Numbered from the stretch's first letter, positions 1 through 11,875 are shown. The stretch: 64,000 nt of DNA from Endomicrobiia bacterium (GCA_039630545.1 JBCNUU010000006.1:17543-81542); one strand, 5' to 3'. Numbers and translations are program-made. Notes: generated from the sequence alone by a model not told the origin.

Positions 1-975
1 CATAGCAAGAGCTTCTAAAATTTTATTTTTTATACCTGAACCACTTATCATAGGGCATATATTTATTTTACATTTTACAATATATTCTCTTACATCTTCA
101 ACATAGCCAGTTATTATTATGTTTTTATCTTTTTTTGTATATCTTATAAGATTTTTCGGCGGATTTGGGCCAACTATATAAAATTTAACCTCAGGAATTT
201 CTTTTTTTATTATAGGATATATTTTTTTTAAAAAGTAAATACACGCATCTATATTAGGTTTAAAGCTCATTATTCCGCGAAAAAGTAAACTATATGGCTG
301 TTCTTCAAATGAAGTGTTAAATTTATAATAAAAGTATTCTATATCAACTCCGTTAGGAATAACTTTTATTTTAGTAGGCTCAATTTTTGATTTCTCACAA
401 AGCCAGTTTTTGTCTTTTGAAGATACTACTACAATTTTATCAAATATAAATTGAAGTCTGTTTTCAAAATTTAGCAGTTTTTTATATTGTTTATACCAGT
501 AATATTTTTTTAAAATATTATTTTCAACAACAAAATTTCTATAAAATAACATACTCATTGCATCATAGTAATGCAATAAAATAGGGGTTTTTATGTTTAA
601 GAATGATGCATACTCTGCAACTGTAAAAAAATCAAAAAAAATAACATCTATGTTTTCATAAAAATTAATTATTCTTTTTAACTCTTCCAAAAATTTTTCT
701 GAATAAAACTGATAAATGTTAAAGGGTTTTTTCCCAAATAAAGTATAAAAAACTCTTTTAATAATATCTTTTGAAATGGTATGTTCTACAACAACAACTT
801 CTTTGCATATGCTTTTTATTGTAGAAAGATATTTTTTTTCATCTTTTCTTATAAAACTTAAAAGTATCACAGAGTGACCATTTTTTGTAAAACTCCTTAT
901 GAGGTTGTATACGGGCATCTTTATTCCTTCATGTGGAGGATACGGAAAACTAGAACAGACAAGTAGTATATTCAT
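1..975 (-). CDS. Glycosyltransferase family 4 (GT-B fold), 3-prime end runs off the window
   Basis: Manual reverse-complement translation from ATG at 975: MNILLVCSSFPYPPHEGIKMPVYNLIRSF..., ending near position 1 with a ...SGSGIKNKILEALAM motif typical of GT4. Absent from the ORF track because no stop lies in the window. Confidence 0.75.
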   Translation of the reverse strand, partial: MNILLVCSSFPYPPHEGIKMPVYNLIRSFTKNGHSVILLSFIRKDEKKYLSTIKSICKEVVVVEHTISKDIIKRVFYTLFGKKPFNIYQFYSEKFLEELKRIINFYENIDVIFFDFFTVAEYASFLNIKTPILLHYYDAMSMLFYRNFVVENNILKKYYWYKQYKKLLNFENRLQFIFDKIVVVSSKDKNWLCEKSKIEPTKIKVIPNGVDIEYFYYKFNTSFEEQPYSLLFRGIMSFKPNIDACIYFLKKIYPIIKKEIPEVKFYIVGPNPPKNLIRYTKKDKNIIITGYVEDVREYIVKCKINICPMISGSGIKNKILEALAM

Positions 976-1031
976 TTTAATTTTTTATGAAAATTTTGTA
1001 TCAAAAAAATTCAAAAGAGGAGTCTGTTTGG

Positions 1032-2069
1032 TTATTTTTTGTTTTTATTCTGTGTTTCTTGTTGAACTATTTCTTCTTTAGTCTGGAAAAATCTTTTCTT
1101 TATTTCAGATTCTATTTCTTCAAAAATTTGCTTGTTGGTTTTTAAATAATTTTTCACCTGTTCTCTTCCCTGTCCTAATTTTTCATTTTTGTAAGTAAAC
1201 CAGGAACCCGCTTTTTCTATGATTCCTTCTTCTACTGCTGTGTCTAAAAGACAGCCAATTCTATCAATACCTGTGTCAAAATAAAATTCATATGTAGCTT
1301 CCTTAAAAGGAGGAGCAACTTTGTTTTTTGCAACTTTTACTTTCACCCAGTAACCAACAGTTTCATCTCCAACTCTTATTATATCTGCTTTTCTTACATC
1401 AAGCCTAACAGAAGCATAAAACTTCAACGCTAAACCACCTGTTGTCGTTTCTGGTGAACCAAACATTACTCCTATTTTCTGTCTTATCTGATTTATGAAT
1501 ATAATGATAGATTTTGACTTACTTACAGCAGCTGTAAGTTTTCTTAAAGCCTGTGACATAAGACGAGCCTGAAGCCCAATTTGAGATTCTCCCATCTCTC
1601 CTTCTATTTCAGCTTTTGGAACAAGTGCTGCTACAGAGTCTACAATAATAACATCTACTGCATTGCTTCGCACAAGTTTTTCTGCAATTTCTAAAGCCTG
1701 TTCTCCATAGTCAGGTTGCGAAACATAAAGGTCAGCTACATTTACTCCTAATCTTTTTGCAAAATCAGGAGTAAAAGCGTGTTCTGCATCTATCATTGCT
1801 GCTATACCGCCCATTTTTTGTGCCTCTGCTGCAATAGTTAAAGCAAGTGTTGTCTTACCAGAAGCTTCTGGACCAAAAATTTCTATTACTCTCCCTCTTG
1901 GAACCCCACCAACACCTAAAGCTAAATCTAAAGACAAAATACCTGTAGGTATCACCTCAACAGCAAGCGTCTTTTTTTCACCAAGTCTAACAATGGCTTC
2001 TTTACCATATTCTTTTTCAATCTGTGAAATTGCAGCGTTTAATGCTTTAAGTTTTTCTTCTTTTGACAT
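1032..2069 (-). CDS. recA: Recombinase RecA
   Basis: 345 aa; Walker [13 protein letters not shown], conserved RecA core ([36 protein letters not shown]). Confidence 0.97.
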   Translation of the reverse strand: MSKEEKLKALNAAISQIEKEYGKEAIVRLGEKKTLAVEVIPTGILSLDLALGVGGVPRGRVIEIFGPEASGKTTLALTIAAEAQKMGGIAAMIDAEHAFTPDFAKRLGVNVADLYVSQPDYGEQALEIAEKLVRSNAVDVIIVDSVAALVPKAEIEGEMGESQIGLQARLMSQALRKLTAAVSKSKSIIIFINQIRQKIGVMFGSPETTTGGLALKFYASVRLDVRKADIIRVGDETVGYWVKVKVAKNKVAPPFKEATYEFYFDTGIDRIGCLLDTAVEEGIIEKAGSWFTYKNEKLGQGREQVKNYLKTNKQIFEEIESEIKKRFFQTKEEIVQQETQNKNKK

Positions 2070-2159
2070 AAGAATTTATACCTCCGAAAAATAATTTTTG
2101 ATAATATTTAAAAAAACTAACACAAAACTTCAACAAGAAAAAAACCATTATTTGGTAGT

Positions 2160-3452
2160 TTATAAAATTTCATCTTTAATTTGCAACAAAACATCTAAAA
2201 AACTTTTAACAGATTTTTCCCAACTGAATTTTTTAACCTGTTCAAATCCTTTCTTTATCAACTGCTGCCTTAGATTCTCATCAGTTAAAACTTTTAGTAT
2301 TCCCTCAGCAATATCTTCTGGATTGTAGGGATTAACATATACTGCTGCATCACCACATATTTCAGGTAAAGAACCTTTATTTGAAACCACAACAGGACAT
2401 CCACATGCCATAGCTTCAAGTGGTGGTAAACCAAAACCTTCATGTAGCGTGGCAAAAAGAAAAAGTTTAGCTCCCGTATAGAATGGAGATAATTTTTCAT
2501 TAGAAACATGTCCAATAAAGTGAACCTTTTTTTTCAAACATAAATGTACTTCTGTATTTAGTTCCTTAAAAAATTTTTTATCTAATAGACCAACTATTAC
2601 GAAATCTATATCTAGTTTTTTTTGATTAACTAAAGCTATTGCTTCTATCATACGTTTAAAGTTTTTTATAGGATGACTGTGAGCTACACAAAGTATATAG
2701 TCGTTTTTTAAACCATATTGTATTTTAATATCTTCAACTTTTTTAAAATCAACCGGATAGAAGTATTTCTCATTTACCCCCCCATAGATAACCATTCTAT
2801 TTTTAGTTTTCAAATTAAAAATTTTTATACATTCTTGCATTGTTACTGAGGAAACAGTAGCTATTCCAAAAACATTCTTAACCACTTTTGGGAATAAACA
2901 ATAGATATAAAACTTATATTTTGTTTTAAACTGCCTAAACAAAAAAGGAACTGTGTTATGAATGAATATTATTTGCTTTTTCAAAAAAATGTTAGCATCA
3001 TATTCTGTCAAAGAAACTATCAAGTCATATCTTAAAGCATAAACTGGAAAGACTATTTGTGTCCAGAACATTCTTAAGTAATCAGCTAAAACCATTTTTA
3101 TGCTACTAAGCAATCCAAAAAATGTGATTTTTTTTAGAAGATTATTTATTTTGCTAAAGAATCTATTTTTTTCTTTCTTATGTTGTTTTCTAACAACACT
3201 CTGTTTTTCAACTTCAAAATGTTTAAATATAAAATTTCGAGTATTGTATTTAAAATTCAAAATTTGTTTAATATTTTCTTTTCTTACTTCGGTAAAATGG
3301 AAAGGAAACAATGTATAAACATCAAATTGAATGTTTATATGTGGATTGCCATATACATATTTTGCAAATTCATTTATAAAGTTTATAATGTAAGTATCAA
3401 AACCACTGCCTGCTTTGTTTGAAACACGAATTGCATTAAATGCTATCTTCAT
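2160..3452 (-). CDS. Glycosyltransferase family 4 (start likely ATG at 3452 rather than track start 3518)
   Basis: C-terminal [31 protein letters not shown] motif. Internal start [12 protein letters not shown] at 3452 gives an ATGA overlap with the stop of the upstream GT2 gene. Confidence 0.85.
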   Translation of the reverse strand: MKIAFNAIRVSNKAGSGFDTYIINFINEFAKYVYGNPHINIQFDVYTLFPFHFTEVRKENIKQILNFKYNTRNFIFKHFEVEKQSVVRKQHKKEKNRFFSKINNLLKKITFFGLLSSIKMVLADYLRMFWTQIVFPVYALRYDLIVSLTEYDANIFLKKQIIFIHNTVPFLFRQFKTKYKFYIYCLFPKVVKNVFGIATVSSVTMQECIKIFNLKTKNRMVIYGGVNEKYFYPVDFKKVEDIKIQYGLKNDYILCVAHSHPIKNFKRMIEAIALVNQKKLDIDFVIVGLLDKKFFKELNTEVHLCLKKKVHFIGHVSNEKLSPFYTGAKLFLFATLHEGFGLPPLEAMACGCPVVVSNKGSLPEICGDAAVYVNPYNPEDIAEGILKVLTDENLRQQLIKKGFEQVKKFSWEKSVKSFLDVLLQIKDEIL

Positions 3453-4309
3453 TTTATTGATTTCAGTGTACGAATAATTTTTAGCACTGGTTTGGTATAA
3501 AAATTTAGTAAAAACCATAAAACTAAATACGAAACCACACCGAAATGTTTTTTATAGTAATAAAGCATAGAATTATAAAATATTCTTTCTTTTTTTTCCC
3601 TTCCATGCTTATTCATCGTAACTTGCCAATAATGAATAATTTTTACCTCTGCAAGATAATAGATTTTGTATCCTGCTTCTAATATTCTTTTGCACCAATC
3701 AATTTCTTCCCAGTAGATTAAAAATCCTTCATCCAATAAACCTACCTTTTCTGCAACTTCTCTTCTTATCAACATACAACTACCGCCTACAGAATCAACT
3801 TCTCTTGTTGTATTTCTGTCCCAATCCGAATATATGCGATGTAGTTTCACAGGATTATTTTTCCATATTGTATTTAACAGTAACACTTCAAATAAACCAT
3901 ACAAAAATGTTGGTAACCTATCTGAACTTCTCTGTAAACTTAAATCGGGATTAAGCAATTTTGGTCCACAAGCACCACACTCCGGATGTTCATCCATAAA
4001 TTTTACCATTTTATCAAATGTCTCATTTAGGATTATAGTGTCTGAATTCAATATCATTAAATATCTACCTTTTGCGATTTTTAAGGCTTGATTATGAGCT
4101 CGAGTAAAAAACAAATTCTCTTTGTTAGCGATTATTTTAACTTCTGGAAACTCACTTTTTACCATTTCAACGGAACCATCTTTGGAGGCATTATCCACGA
4201 CTATTATTTCAAACGAAATTTTTTTTGTAGAGCGGTATATTGATTCTAAACACTGCCTTAATAGATCTTTTGTATTATAATTAACAATAGTAATAGACAA
4301 ATCAATCAT
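3449..4309 (-). CDS. Glycosyltransferase family 2
   Basis: 286 aa; N-terminal ITIVNYNTKDLL...VVDNASKDGS...LNSDTII (GT-A / GT2 signature). Confidence 0.88.
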   Translation of the reverse strand: MIDLSITIVNYNTKDLLRQCLESIYRSTKKISFEIIVVDNASKDGSVEMVKSEFPEVKIIANKENLFFTRAHNQALKIAKGRYLMILNSDTIILNETFDKMVKFMDEHPECGACGPKLLNPDLSLQRSSDRLPTFLYGLFEVLLLNTIWKNNPVKLHRIYSDWDRNTTREVDSVGGSCMLIRREVAEKVGLLDEGFLIYWEEIDWCKRILEAGYKIYYLAEVKIIHYWQVTMNKHGREKKERIFYNSMLYYYKKHFGVVSYLVLWFLLNFYTKPVLKIIRTLKSIK

Positions 4310-5662
4310 ATTGAATTAAAAAATAATGGATTAAATACAATTTTACTATTTTTACTATCAGATTCGATCTCAGTATTATTCTTAAGTACTTTATTCCTAA
4401 ATATATCATTATAGGTTTTGATTATAATAAAATATCACCCACACCGTTTATTTTGTCAATTAAAATTCCATTGAAGATAACCTGGACAACTATATATTGT
4501 TTATATTTACTCATATGCAGATAAAACTCAAAATCACTTTTCTTTTTAAATAAAATTGACCATTCCTTAAGTGATAAAAAATTCACCTATTGTGACGATT
4601 TTTTTATTAATAACCTTAAAACGCTAATCATTTTATATACAAAATTTGCTTTTCCAATATCTACTTTACCAATCACATATATGTTGGTTTTTGTTTTGGT
4701 TTTTCATCACGGCAATATTGAACCAACACAATATTTTAACTCTTCCTCAGGCCTCTCAACCATCCTATCCAACTGTCTTTATTAATCTTCATCGTAAGAT
4801 TTAGTTGTGAAATCTTACAAAATCAGTATTTATTGGTCTAAAAATGTCTCTTTTGTCAGGATGTCTATAAAACGTAAGGATATCTTTCGTTTTCATCAGT
4901 ATAAAAAACTCATTAAGAGCATTATATTTTGGTTTACTATTTACTGGATTCATTTTATCAAGAAAATCAACAATTTTAGCAACTTCGTTAAAATTATGTT
5001 GTGGAAATAAAAAAACTTTTTGTGAGTCATTATTCAAAGTAAAGTCAAAATTAGTAAGTCTATCTCTTCAAAAGTATATAGAAACACATTCAAAACCAGG
5101 TATTAAACATTCTTTTTTTGAATTAATTTTCTTGATTTCATTTAAATAGTTATTGATATTTGATACATCTATACCCTGCCTTATCACTTCTTCTTTAAGA
5201 AATTTTGAAGTAAATTTGAATTTAACAGTCAACATATCAGATAGAAATCCATAATCTATCTTTTCTCTTTATAATATACGATGTAAATCTTCAAGCTCAA
5301 TTGTATCATTTGGAGAATAGTTACTCCTTAGACCCCATTACAACTTTAGTAATTGACAAATCTCTCAGATAGTTTGAATTTACAGGATACATTCTCTTTA
5401 CTGGTTGTAAAATATATTCGTTCGAAAGTAAAGAAAATTATAAAATAAAGTAATATACATACAAAAAACTGAATGAAATAAGTCAAACTATCAAAGCATC
5501 CCTTGTGGCTAAAAAACAAAATTAAACAGACAAAATAACTATTAAAGGGAATACACTGATTAAATTATTTTTCTCAACTTTGAACATATTTATGTCAAAT
5601 TTCTATATAAATTGTAGTATTAAAACGGTCCACTTTTGCAGATTTTTTATTTAACCTTAATT

Positions 5663-6330
5663 TTAAAAATAAACTGGAAACCAAACAATGTTGGAAACAA
5701 AGAATAAAATTTTTTTTAAGTTCTTCCATCCATTTGGCAATTTCAAAAATAAACTATGATGTTTAGGTATACCTTTGTCTTGATCAAATGAAATGTATTC
5801 AATCTTATAACCATTGTTAATGAATAATTCTTTTATAGTTTTCAATGTAAAAAATCTAAGATTGTGTTTCATCCATTATTCCTTTACCATACTCACTATT
5901 AAACAATCCTTTTTCATAATCAAAATTGCCAAATAAAAGCTTTAAGTCGTATAGACAATGTGCAACATTAGGAATGCCAGCAATTAAACTTCCATTTGAC
6001 TTTAGAAATTTTTAATATTAAATACACCTTCTGTAGCCATTTAAGGTGTTCTAAAACATTTATATGTAATCAAAGTAATCCCTAGCAAGTATACCAAAGT
6101 ATCTAAAGTGGTTTCGTCTTCAACATAACCTATAATAATTTTCTCATAATAAGGTTTTGCTAATTCAACAACTTCTTTATCAATTTCTATAGCGTACATT
6201 TTACAATTGCGTTTTTCTTTTAAAAACTTCCCAATCTATCTTGTTGCACATCCAATCTTTAAAATTACACTGTTTGGCTTAATTAGCTGAACTGCTTGAT
6301 AATCAGCCCATAACGGACATATTTTGTCAA
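5663..6330 (-). pseudogene. Degraded class I SAM-dependent methyltransferase (frame disrupted; only a 69-aa C-terminal ORF is intact)
   Basis: Reverse-complement translation gives ...VQLIKPNSVILKIGCATR*IGKFLKEKRNCKMYAIEI...: motif I (GCGTG) is mutated to GCATR followed by an in-frame TAG. Intact tail ORF 5663..5872 (RFFTLKTIKELFINNGYKIE). Confidence 0.55.
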
Positions 6331-6530
6331 TGTCTTAATTTTCTCTATGGAATTTCATTTACATTGATTCTTTTTGAATTTTGTCTTTTCTTCGCATTCA
6401 ATAAAATTTGAGAATTTATTGTATTTGTTTTTTTATCTTTTGTCGGGATCTTATCTTGGATTTTACACTAAGATTTCATTTTCATTGTTCTATAATTTTC
6501 GTGCTTATTTTTGTAACAACAGTAAAAATG

Positions 6531-7961
6531 TTAAATGTTTAATTTTATATCTTTGTTTATCAAAAAATTTAAAAACTTCTTTATTTCATCAATTTTTATA
6601 AATTTTATTGAAAAACAGAGTGTTAAAAATAAAAACGGAGCAATTTTAATTTTAAACAGAATTTCTACGACACAACTTATAAAAATGAAGCTTACTAAAT
6701 ACAGAAAATTGTATATTAAGTTTATATTAAATTTTATCAAACATACAAAGCAAATAATAAACACAAATACAACAAATGCTGTTAAATAACTTATAATTAA
6801 AGCAAAAAATTTAAACCGGTAAATAAAAACAATATTTAAAAAATTATAAAGTAGTATCATAACTAACCCATATACACTGATAAATATAAAAGGTTTGTTT
6901 TCAGAAACAAAAAAAGGTGAAAACAAAACTACAAATCCAAAAACTGGTAAATATAAAGAAAAAAATCTAAATGCTTCTACACTTTCTAAATAATTTTTTC
7001 CAAAAAGAAAAGGAAGTATATACTCTGCGAAGGAAAAAAATATAAGTCCTACGATACCAAATATAAAACCTAGAAATTTAGATGAAAATATAAGAATTTT
7101 ATTTTTCATTGCAAAATTCTGATTGGAAGAAAAATAATAAAAAAAAGGCGCCGGGATCTGTGAAATTAACATAGTTTCTATAAGCTTTGGAACCCTTGTA
7201 GATGCAAAATAAAATCCAACTTGAGCTGGATCTTTTAAAATCCCACGAAGAAGTAAAACATCTAAATTGATTGAAAGCATGTATATAAACTGCCCAAATA
7301 GAAAAGTCAAACAAAAAATTATAATCTGTTTTTCAAAATTTAAAATTTTGAAGTTAAAATTTTTAAATGAAATTGAAAAAAGAATTACTAAAAATATCAA
7401 TGATACAAAAAAATTACTTTTTAAAATTGTTTTGTATGAAAGAAACCCATATATTATAAGAATCAAACCCAAAATACTACTTGTGTTGCTTCTTATTCCG
7501 TCTATTATTACAAATTCGTTAAATTTTCCTAAACCCCGCCAGAAACCTTCAAAAGCATTAAAGAAACTAACTAAAACTACAAAAATAATAAATATATAAA
7601 ATATATCTTTTATTTCAGCAGGTAAAAAAGCTTGAAAAAATTTTTTTATGAAAATCATCGTTAATAAAAATAAACTTCCTGCAAAAAAAATGCTAATTAA
7701 ACTTTGAGATAAAAGGTTATATTTTTCTTGCAAACTAACTTTCTGTGGAACAAACTTAGTTAATGTGTTTAACCAACCTAATGAAAGAATAGGTCCTAAA
7801 GTAGATATAAGGTTCCAAACTAAGGAGTACTTACCATATTCATATGGACCTAAAAAGCGTACAAAGAATATATTTATTATACCTGTTACACCCATAAAAA
7901 AATTTCGCAAGATTATATACTTAGTGGTGTCCCAAAAAATTTTTCTGTAAATTTTACTCAT
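6531..7961 (-). CDS. Polysaccharide flippase, Wzx-like (MOP superfamily)
   Basis: 476 aa polytopic membrane protein with an N-terminal region typical of oligosaccharide flippases (ILRNFFMGVTGIINIFFVRFLGPYEYGKYSLVWNL). Confidence 0.75.
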   Translation of the reverse strand: MSKIYRKIFWDTTKYIILRNFFMGVTGIINIFFVRFLGPYEYGKYSLVWNLISTLGPILSLGWLNTLTKFVPQKVSLQEKYNLLSQSLISIFFAGSLFLLTMIFIKKFFQAFLPAEIKDIFYIFIIFVVLVSFFNAFEGFWRGLGKFNEFVIIDGIRSNTSSILGLILIIYGFLSYKTILKSNFFVSLIFLVILFSISFKNFNFKILNFEKQIIIFCLTFLFGQFIYMLSINLDVLLLRGILKDPAQVGFYFASTRVPKLIETMLISQIPAPFFYYFSSNQNFAMKNKILIFSSKFLGFIFGIVGLIFFSFAEYILPFLFGKNYLESVEAFRFFSLYLPVFGFVVLFSPFFVSENKPFIFISVYGLVMILLYNFLNIVFIYRFKFFALIISYLTAFVVFVFIICFVCLIKFNINLIYNFLYLVSFIFISCVVEILFKIKIAPFLFLTLCFSIKFIKIDEIKKFLNFLINKDIKLNI

Positions 7962-7966
7962 AAATC

Positions 7967-8704
7967 TTATAAAGAAAATATAACAAAATACTCTATATTG
8001 CCTTCTTTCCCTTTAACTTCAGATTCCTGCATAAAAATTTTTTTATATCCAAGATTTGTTTCTGCAAATTTAATAATTTTTTCTACTGCTTCTAACCTAT
8101 ACTTTTTTTCTTTAACTATTCCTTTTTTTACATACTTTGGTTCACATTCAAACTGGGGTTTTACAAGGGCAATAATCTGGTGAGGATAATTAGCTATTTT
8201 TTTTATAACAGGTAAGATTTTTGTAAGAGAGATAAAAGAAACATCAACAGTAAATATATCTATGTTTTCTTGTATCTTTTTAGCATATCCTAACTCTACA
8301 AAATATCTAAAATTTATTCCTTCTAGAACCACCACTTTAGGATTATTTCTTAACTTTTCATGTAAAAGGCCTTTGCCTACATCGCAACAGTAAACTTTTC
8401 TTGCTCCAAATTTTAAAAGACAATCAGTAAAACCTCCGGTTGAGCTTCCTACATCAAAACAAACTCTGTTTTCTACATTAATTATTCCCGTCTTCAACAA
8501 ACCTTCTAATTTGTACCCTCCAGCTGACACATATTCATATGATTTTATTATTTCAATTTTAGCATCTTTTTGTACTATTTTTGAAGGATCTTTTATTACT
8601 TCGTTGTTAATTTTCACACCACATTCTTTTATTATCTTTTGCGCTTTCTGTCTTGATTCGAAAAAATTCTTTTCCACAAGAAGCTTATCTAATCTTTCTT
8701 TCAT
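7967..8704 (-). CDS. tlyA: TlyA-family rRNA 2-prime-O-methyltransferase
   Basis: 245 aa; S4-like N-terminus (RLDKLLVEKNFFESRQKAQKII), SAM-binding motif DVGSSTGGFTDCLLKFGARKVYCCDVG. Confidence 0.9.
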   Translation of the reverse strand: MKERLDKLLVEKNFFESRQKAQKIIKECGVKINNEVIKDPSKIVQKDAKIEIIKSYEYVSAGGYKLEGLLKTGIINVENRVCFDVGSSTGGFTDCLLKFGARKVYCCDVGKGLLHEKLRNNPKVVVLEGINFRYFVELGYAKKIQENIDIFTVDVSFISLTKILPVIKKIANYPHQIIALVKPQFECEPKYVKKGIVKEKKYRLEAVEKIIKFAETNLGYKKIFMQESEVKGKEGNIEYFVIFSL

Positions 8705-8711
8705 TTTATAG

Positions 8712-9488
8712 TTAAGAATTTGACTTTATTGCCTTATAAAGTAATTCAAAAAATAATCTTCCAGATGGTGAAAGTTTATTGTTTATTTGATTATATAATG
8801 GATGTTGAAAAGAAACTACAAACCTCTCTGGATGAGGCATAAGACCTATTATCCTGCCTGAACTATCAGTTATACCGGCGATATTATACAATGAACCGTT
8901 GGGATTTAAAGGATAACCAACATTAGTTTTCCCTTCAGAATCACAATATTGAAATATGTATAAATTATTTTCTATAATATGCTTCAAAGTATTTTCTTCA
9001 GTAAAAAAATTCCCCTCTGCATGAGCTACCGGAAGTTCTATTATATCAGGTAAGCTGCTTAAAGGAGAAGGATTGTTTTTGTTTGTCTTTAAATAAACCC
9101 ATCTACATTCAAATCTAGAAGAAATATTATCAGTAAGTGTTGCTTGCTGTTTGAAATTAGGATAAGGTAAAAGGCCTAGTTTAACTAAAACTTGAAAACC
9201 ATTACATATACCAACAATAAATTTGTCTTTATTTATAAACTCTTCAAAAGAATCTTTTAATTTGTAATAAATTTCTATTGCGAAAACTTTTCCTGCTGAG
9301 ATATAATCTCCAAAGGAAAATCCTCCAGGAATAACCAAAAGTTCAAAATCTAAAATATCCACATCTTTTCTTATAACTTCATTTATATGAACCAAATCTG
9401 TTTCAAAACCTACTAATCTTAAAGCATTAACAGTCTCTTTATCGCAGTTAGTTCCTGCTACTCTTAAAACAATAGCTTTTGGTTTCAT
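8712..9488 (-). CDS. purQ: Phosphoribosylformylglycinamidine synthase, glutaminase subunit PurQ
   Basis: 258 aa; class I glutamine amidotransferase fold (LVIPGGFSFGDY, GICNGFQVL). Confidence 0.9.
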   Translation of the reverse strand: MKPKAIVLRVAGTNCDKETVNALRLVGFETDLVHINEVIRKDVDILDFELLVIPGGFSFGDYISAGKVFAIEIYYKLKDSFEEFINKDKFIVGICNGFQVLVKLGLLPYPNFKQQATLTDNISSRFECRWVYLKTNKNNPSPLSSLPDIIELPVAHAEGNFFTEENTLKHIIENNLYIFQYCDSEGKTNVGYPLNPNGSLYNIAGITDSSGRIIGLMPHPERFVVSFQHPLYNQINNKLSPSGRLFFELLYKAIKSNS

Positions 9489-11875
9489 AAAAGATTGCTA
9501 AGAGTTTTTGACCATATTTCATAAGCTTTTCTAACTGATATTTTCAAAATTGGTTGTCCTTTTATGTTAAAAATTTCCAAGTAGGGTTCCAAAGTTGTTT
9601 CTCCAAGGTATTCATAGTCAACATCTTCTTTCTTTAACAGGTCTTCAAAGAAATCTTTTGTTTGTGTTTCGACTATTATGCAGGAAGGAGGTTCTGAAAA
9701 TAGATATGATATATGGTTTTTCGTCGACAATTTTATTTTCGCACCTAACTGTTTTGCAAAACACATCTCAACCAAACTAACAATAACCCCCCCATCAGAT
9801 ACATCATGGGCCGTCAGTATGTGTTGTGCGTGGTTGTTAATAAATTTATAAACTTTTTTAGCTCTTTTTATGTCTAAGTGAGCTACTGGTAACTTTTTAT
9901 TTTCTTTTAATAAACATCTTGAAAAAATTGTACCCCCAAGAGAGTCTTCTATTTTTCCTATTAAAAAGATATAAGTTTGTGATTTCTTAAAGTAAGAAGT
10001 TCTTATTTTGGATAAATCTTCAACTATTCCTAAACCTGATATAAGGAGTGTTGAAGGTATAGAAATCTTTTTTTTACCAAGAAGATAATAGTTGTTTAAA
10101 CTATCTTTGCCAGAGATAAATGGTGTTTTAAACTTTAGAGATACTTCCTTAGCTACTTCGCAGGCTAAAAATATATCCAAAAGATTTTTTTTATTTAACT
10201 CACCCCAACAAAAATTGTCTAACAAAAATATCTTATCTAGTTGGGCTCCTGCACAGATTAAGTTTCTTATCGCTTCATCTATTGAATGTTCTACCATTCT
10301 TTCTATACTCAACTTACTTAAATGTGGCTTTATTCCACAGCTTATAGCTATGGCTTTTTTTGTATCTTGTAAACCTTCTACATTAAATGGATATAAAACA
10401 GCAGCATCCTGAGGAGAATAAAAATCATTTTCAGATTCTCCACATAGAGGTTTTAGAATTGTGTTGCCTTGAACTTCATGGTCATATTGTCTTATTATCC
10501 ATTCTTTAGATACTACATCTAAATGTGACAAAACTTTGTTGAAGATCTCCTCTAAAGAATTTTTAATGCTTATATGAGGTTTTGTTTTAGGTAAAGTGGT
10601 TTTATTATATGTGAGTTTATATTTTCTTTTAGGCAGACCGTTATGAAGGAACTCCATATCAAGATCACATATTTTAACTGAATTATAATACACTTCTAAT
10701 TTTTTGTTGTTGGTTACCTCTCCTATCACTGTAGCTTCTACATCCTCTTTGTTGCAAATTTCTAAAAACTTTTCTACTTTTTCTTTCTCCACAATTAAAA
10801 CCATTCTTTCCTGGGATTCTGAAAGCCATATCTCCCATGGCATAATATCTTTGTATTTAAGAGGAACCCTTTCAAGATATATTCTGCATCCACAATCTTT
10901 TGTTAATTCTCCACAGGCAGAAGAAAGTCCACCAGCTCCACAGTCTGTAATAGCTGTAAATAAACCTAAATCCCGAGCTTTTAAAATCACATCCACAAAC
11001 ATTTTTTGCGTTATTGGATCTCCTATCTGAACAACAGATGTAGGTAAATCTTCATGAAGAGCATCAGAAGAAAAAGTAGCACCATGAATACCATCTCTTC
11101 CAGTTTTACCACCAACAAGAACAATAAGTTGACCTGGTTTTACTGTTTTGTGAATTTTGTCACATGGAATTATACCTAAACATCCACAGTAAACCAGTGG
11201 ATTGTAAGTATATCCATCATCAAACAAAACAGCACCATTTACAGTTGGTATACCCATACGGTTACCATAGTCTCTTACCCCGCTTACTACACCTTTCATA
11301 ATTCTTTTTGGATGGAAAACTTTAGATGGAAGTTTACCATTATAATCTATATTGCCAAAACAAAAAATATCGGTGTTGGCTATTGGTTTGGCTGAAAGTC
11401 CACAACCAACTATATCTCTTATTACTCCACCAATACCAGTAGCAGCTCCACCGTAAGGTTCTAATGCTGAAGGATGATTATGAGTCTCTACCTTAAATGC
11501 TATTGCATATCCTTTATCAAAATTCACAACTCCTGCATTATCAACAAATACAGATAAACAATCTGGATGATTTATCTTTTTTGTAGCATAAAAAATTGTA
11601 TCTTTTAAAACATTGTTATATTTTTTGAGCTTGTTTTTTTTACTTATTACTTTGATTTCTACTGAACTTGTTAATGTTTTATGTTTACAATGCTCTGACC
11701 ATGTTTGAGCAATTGTTTCTAATTCACAGTCTGTAGGGTTTCTTTTTTCTTTCAAAAAATATTTTTTAATAGCCTTCATTTCCTCTAATGATAAAGAAAG
11801 CAGCCCCTTTTTGCTTATTTCTAAAAGTTTCTTGTCGCTTGCATCTAAAATATTTACTACATCATAAAATTTCAT
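9485..11875 (-). CDS. purL: Phosphoribosylformylglycinamidine synthase subunit PurL
   Basis: 796 aa; PurL/AIRS-like domains (WSEHCKHKT, GGAATGIGGVIRDI, HDVSDGG). 4-nt overlap with purQ. Confidence 0.93.
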   Translation of the reverse strand: MKFYDVVNILDASDKKLLEISKKGLLSLSLEEMKAIKKYFLKEKRNPTDCELETIAQTWSEHCKHKTLTSSVEIKVISKKNKLKKYNNVLKDTIFYATKKINHPDCLSVFVDNAGVVNFDKGYAIAFKVETHNHPSALEPYGGAATGIGGVIRDIVGCGLSAKPIANTDIFCFGNIDYNGKLPSKVFHPKRIMKGVVSGVRDYGNRMGIPTVNGAVLFDDGYTYNPLVYCGCLGIIPCDKIHKTVKPGQLIVLVGGKTGRDGIHGATFSSDALHEDLPTSVVQIGDPITQKMFVDVILKARDLGLFTAITDCGAGGLSSACGELTKDCGCRIYLERVPLKYKDIMPWEIWLSESQERMVLIVEKEKVEKFLEICNKEDVEATVIGEVTNNKKLEVYYNSVKICDLDMEFLHNGLPKRKYKLTYNKTTLPKTKPHISIKNSLEEIFNKVLSHLDVVSKEWIIRQYDHEVQGNTILKPLCGESENDFYSPQDAAVLYPFNVEGLQDTKKAIAISCGIKPHLSKLSIERMVEHSIDEAIRNLICAGAQLDKIFLLDNFCWGELNKKNLLDIFLACEVAKEVSLKFKTPFISGKDSLNNYYLLGKKKISIPSTLLISGLGIVEDLSKIRTSYFKKSQTYIFLIGKIEDSLGGTIFSRCLLKENKKLPVAHLDIKRAKKVYKFINNHAQHILTAHDVSDGGVIVSLVEMCFAKQLGAKIKLSTKNHISYLFSEPPSCIIVETQTKDFFEDLLKKEDVDYEYLGETTLEPYLEIFNIKGQPILKISVRKAYEIWSKTLSNLL

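Noticed and set aside
899-1081. Short plus-strand ORFs in the track that lie inside long minus-strand genes (for example 899..1081, 2098..2328, 3100..3318, 10092..10412, 32379..32702, 39172..39453, 52132..52458)
   Set aside because: They overlap well-supported genes on the opposite strand, have low-complexity AT-codon-driven composition and no recognisable motifs; treated as shadow ORFs.
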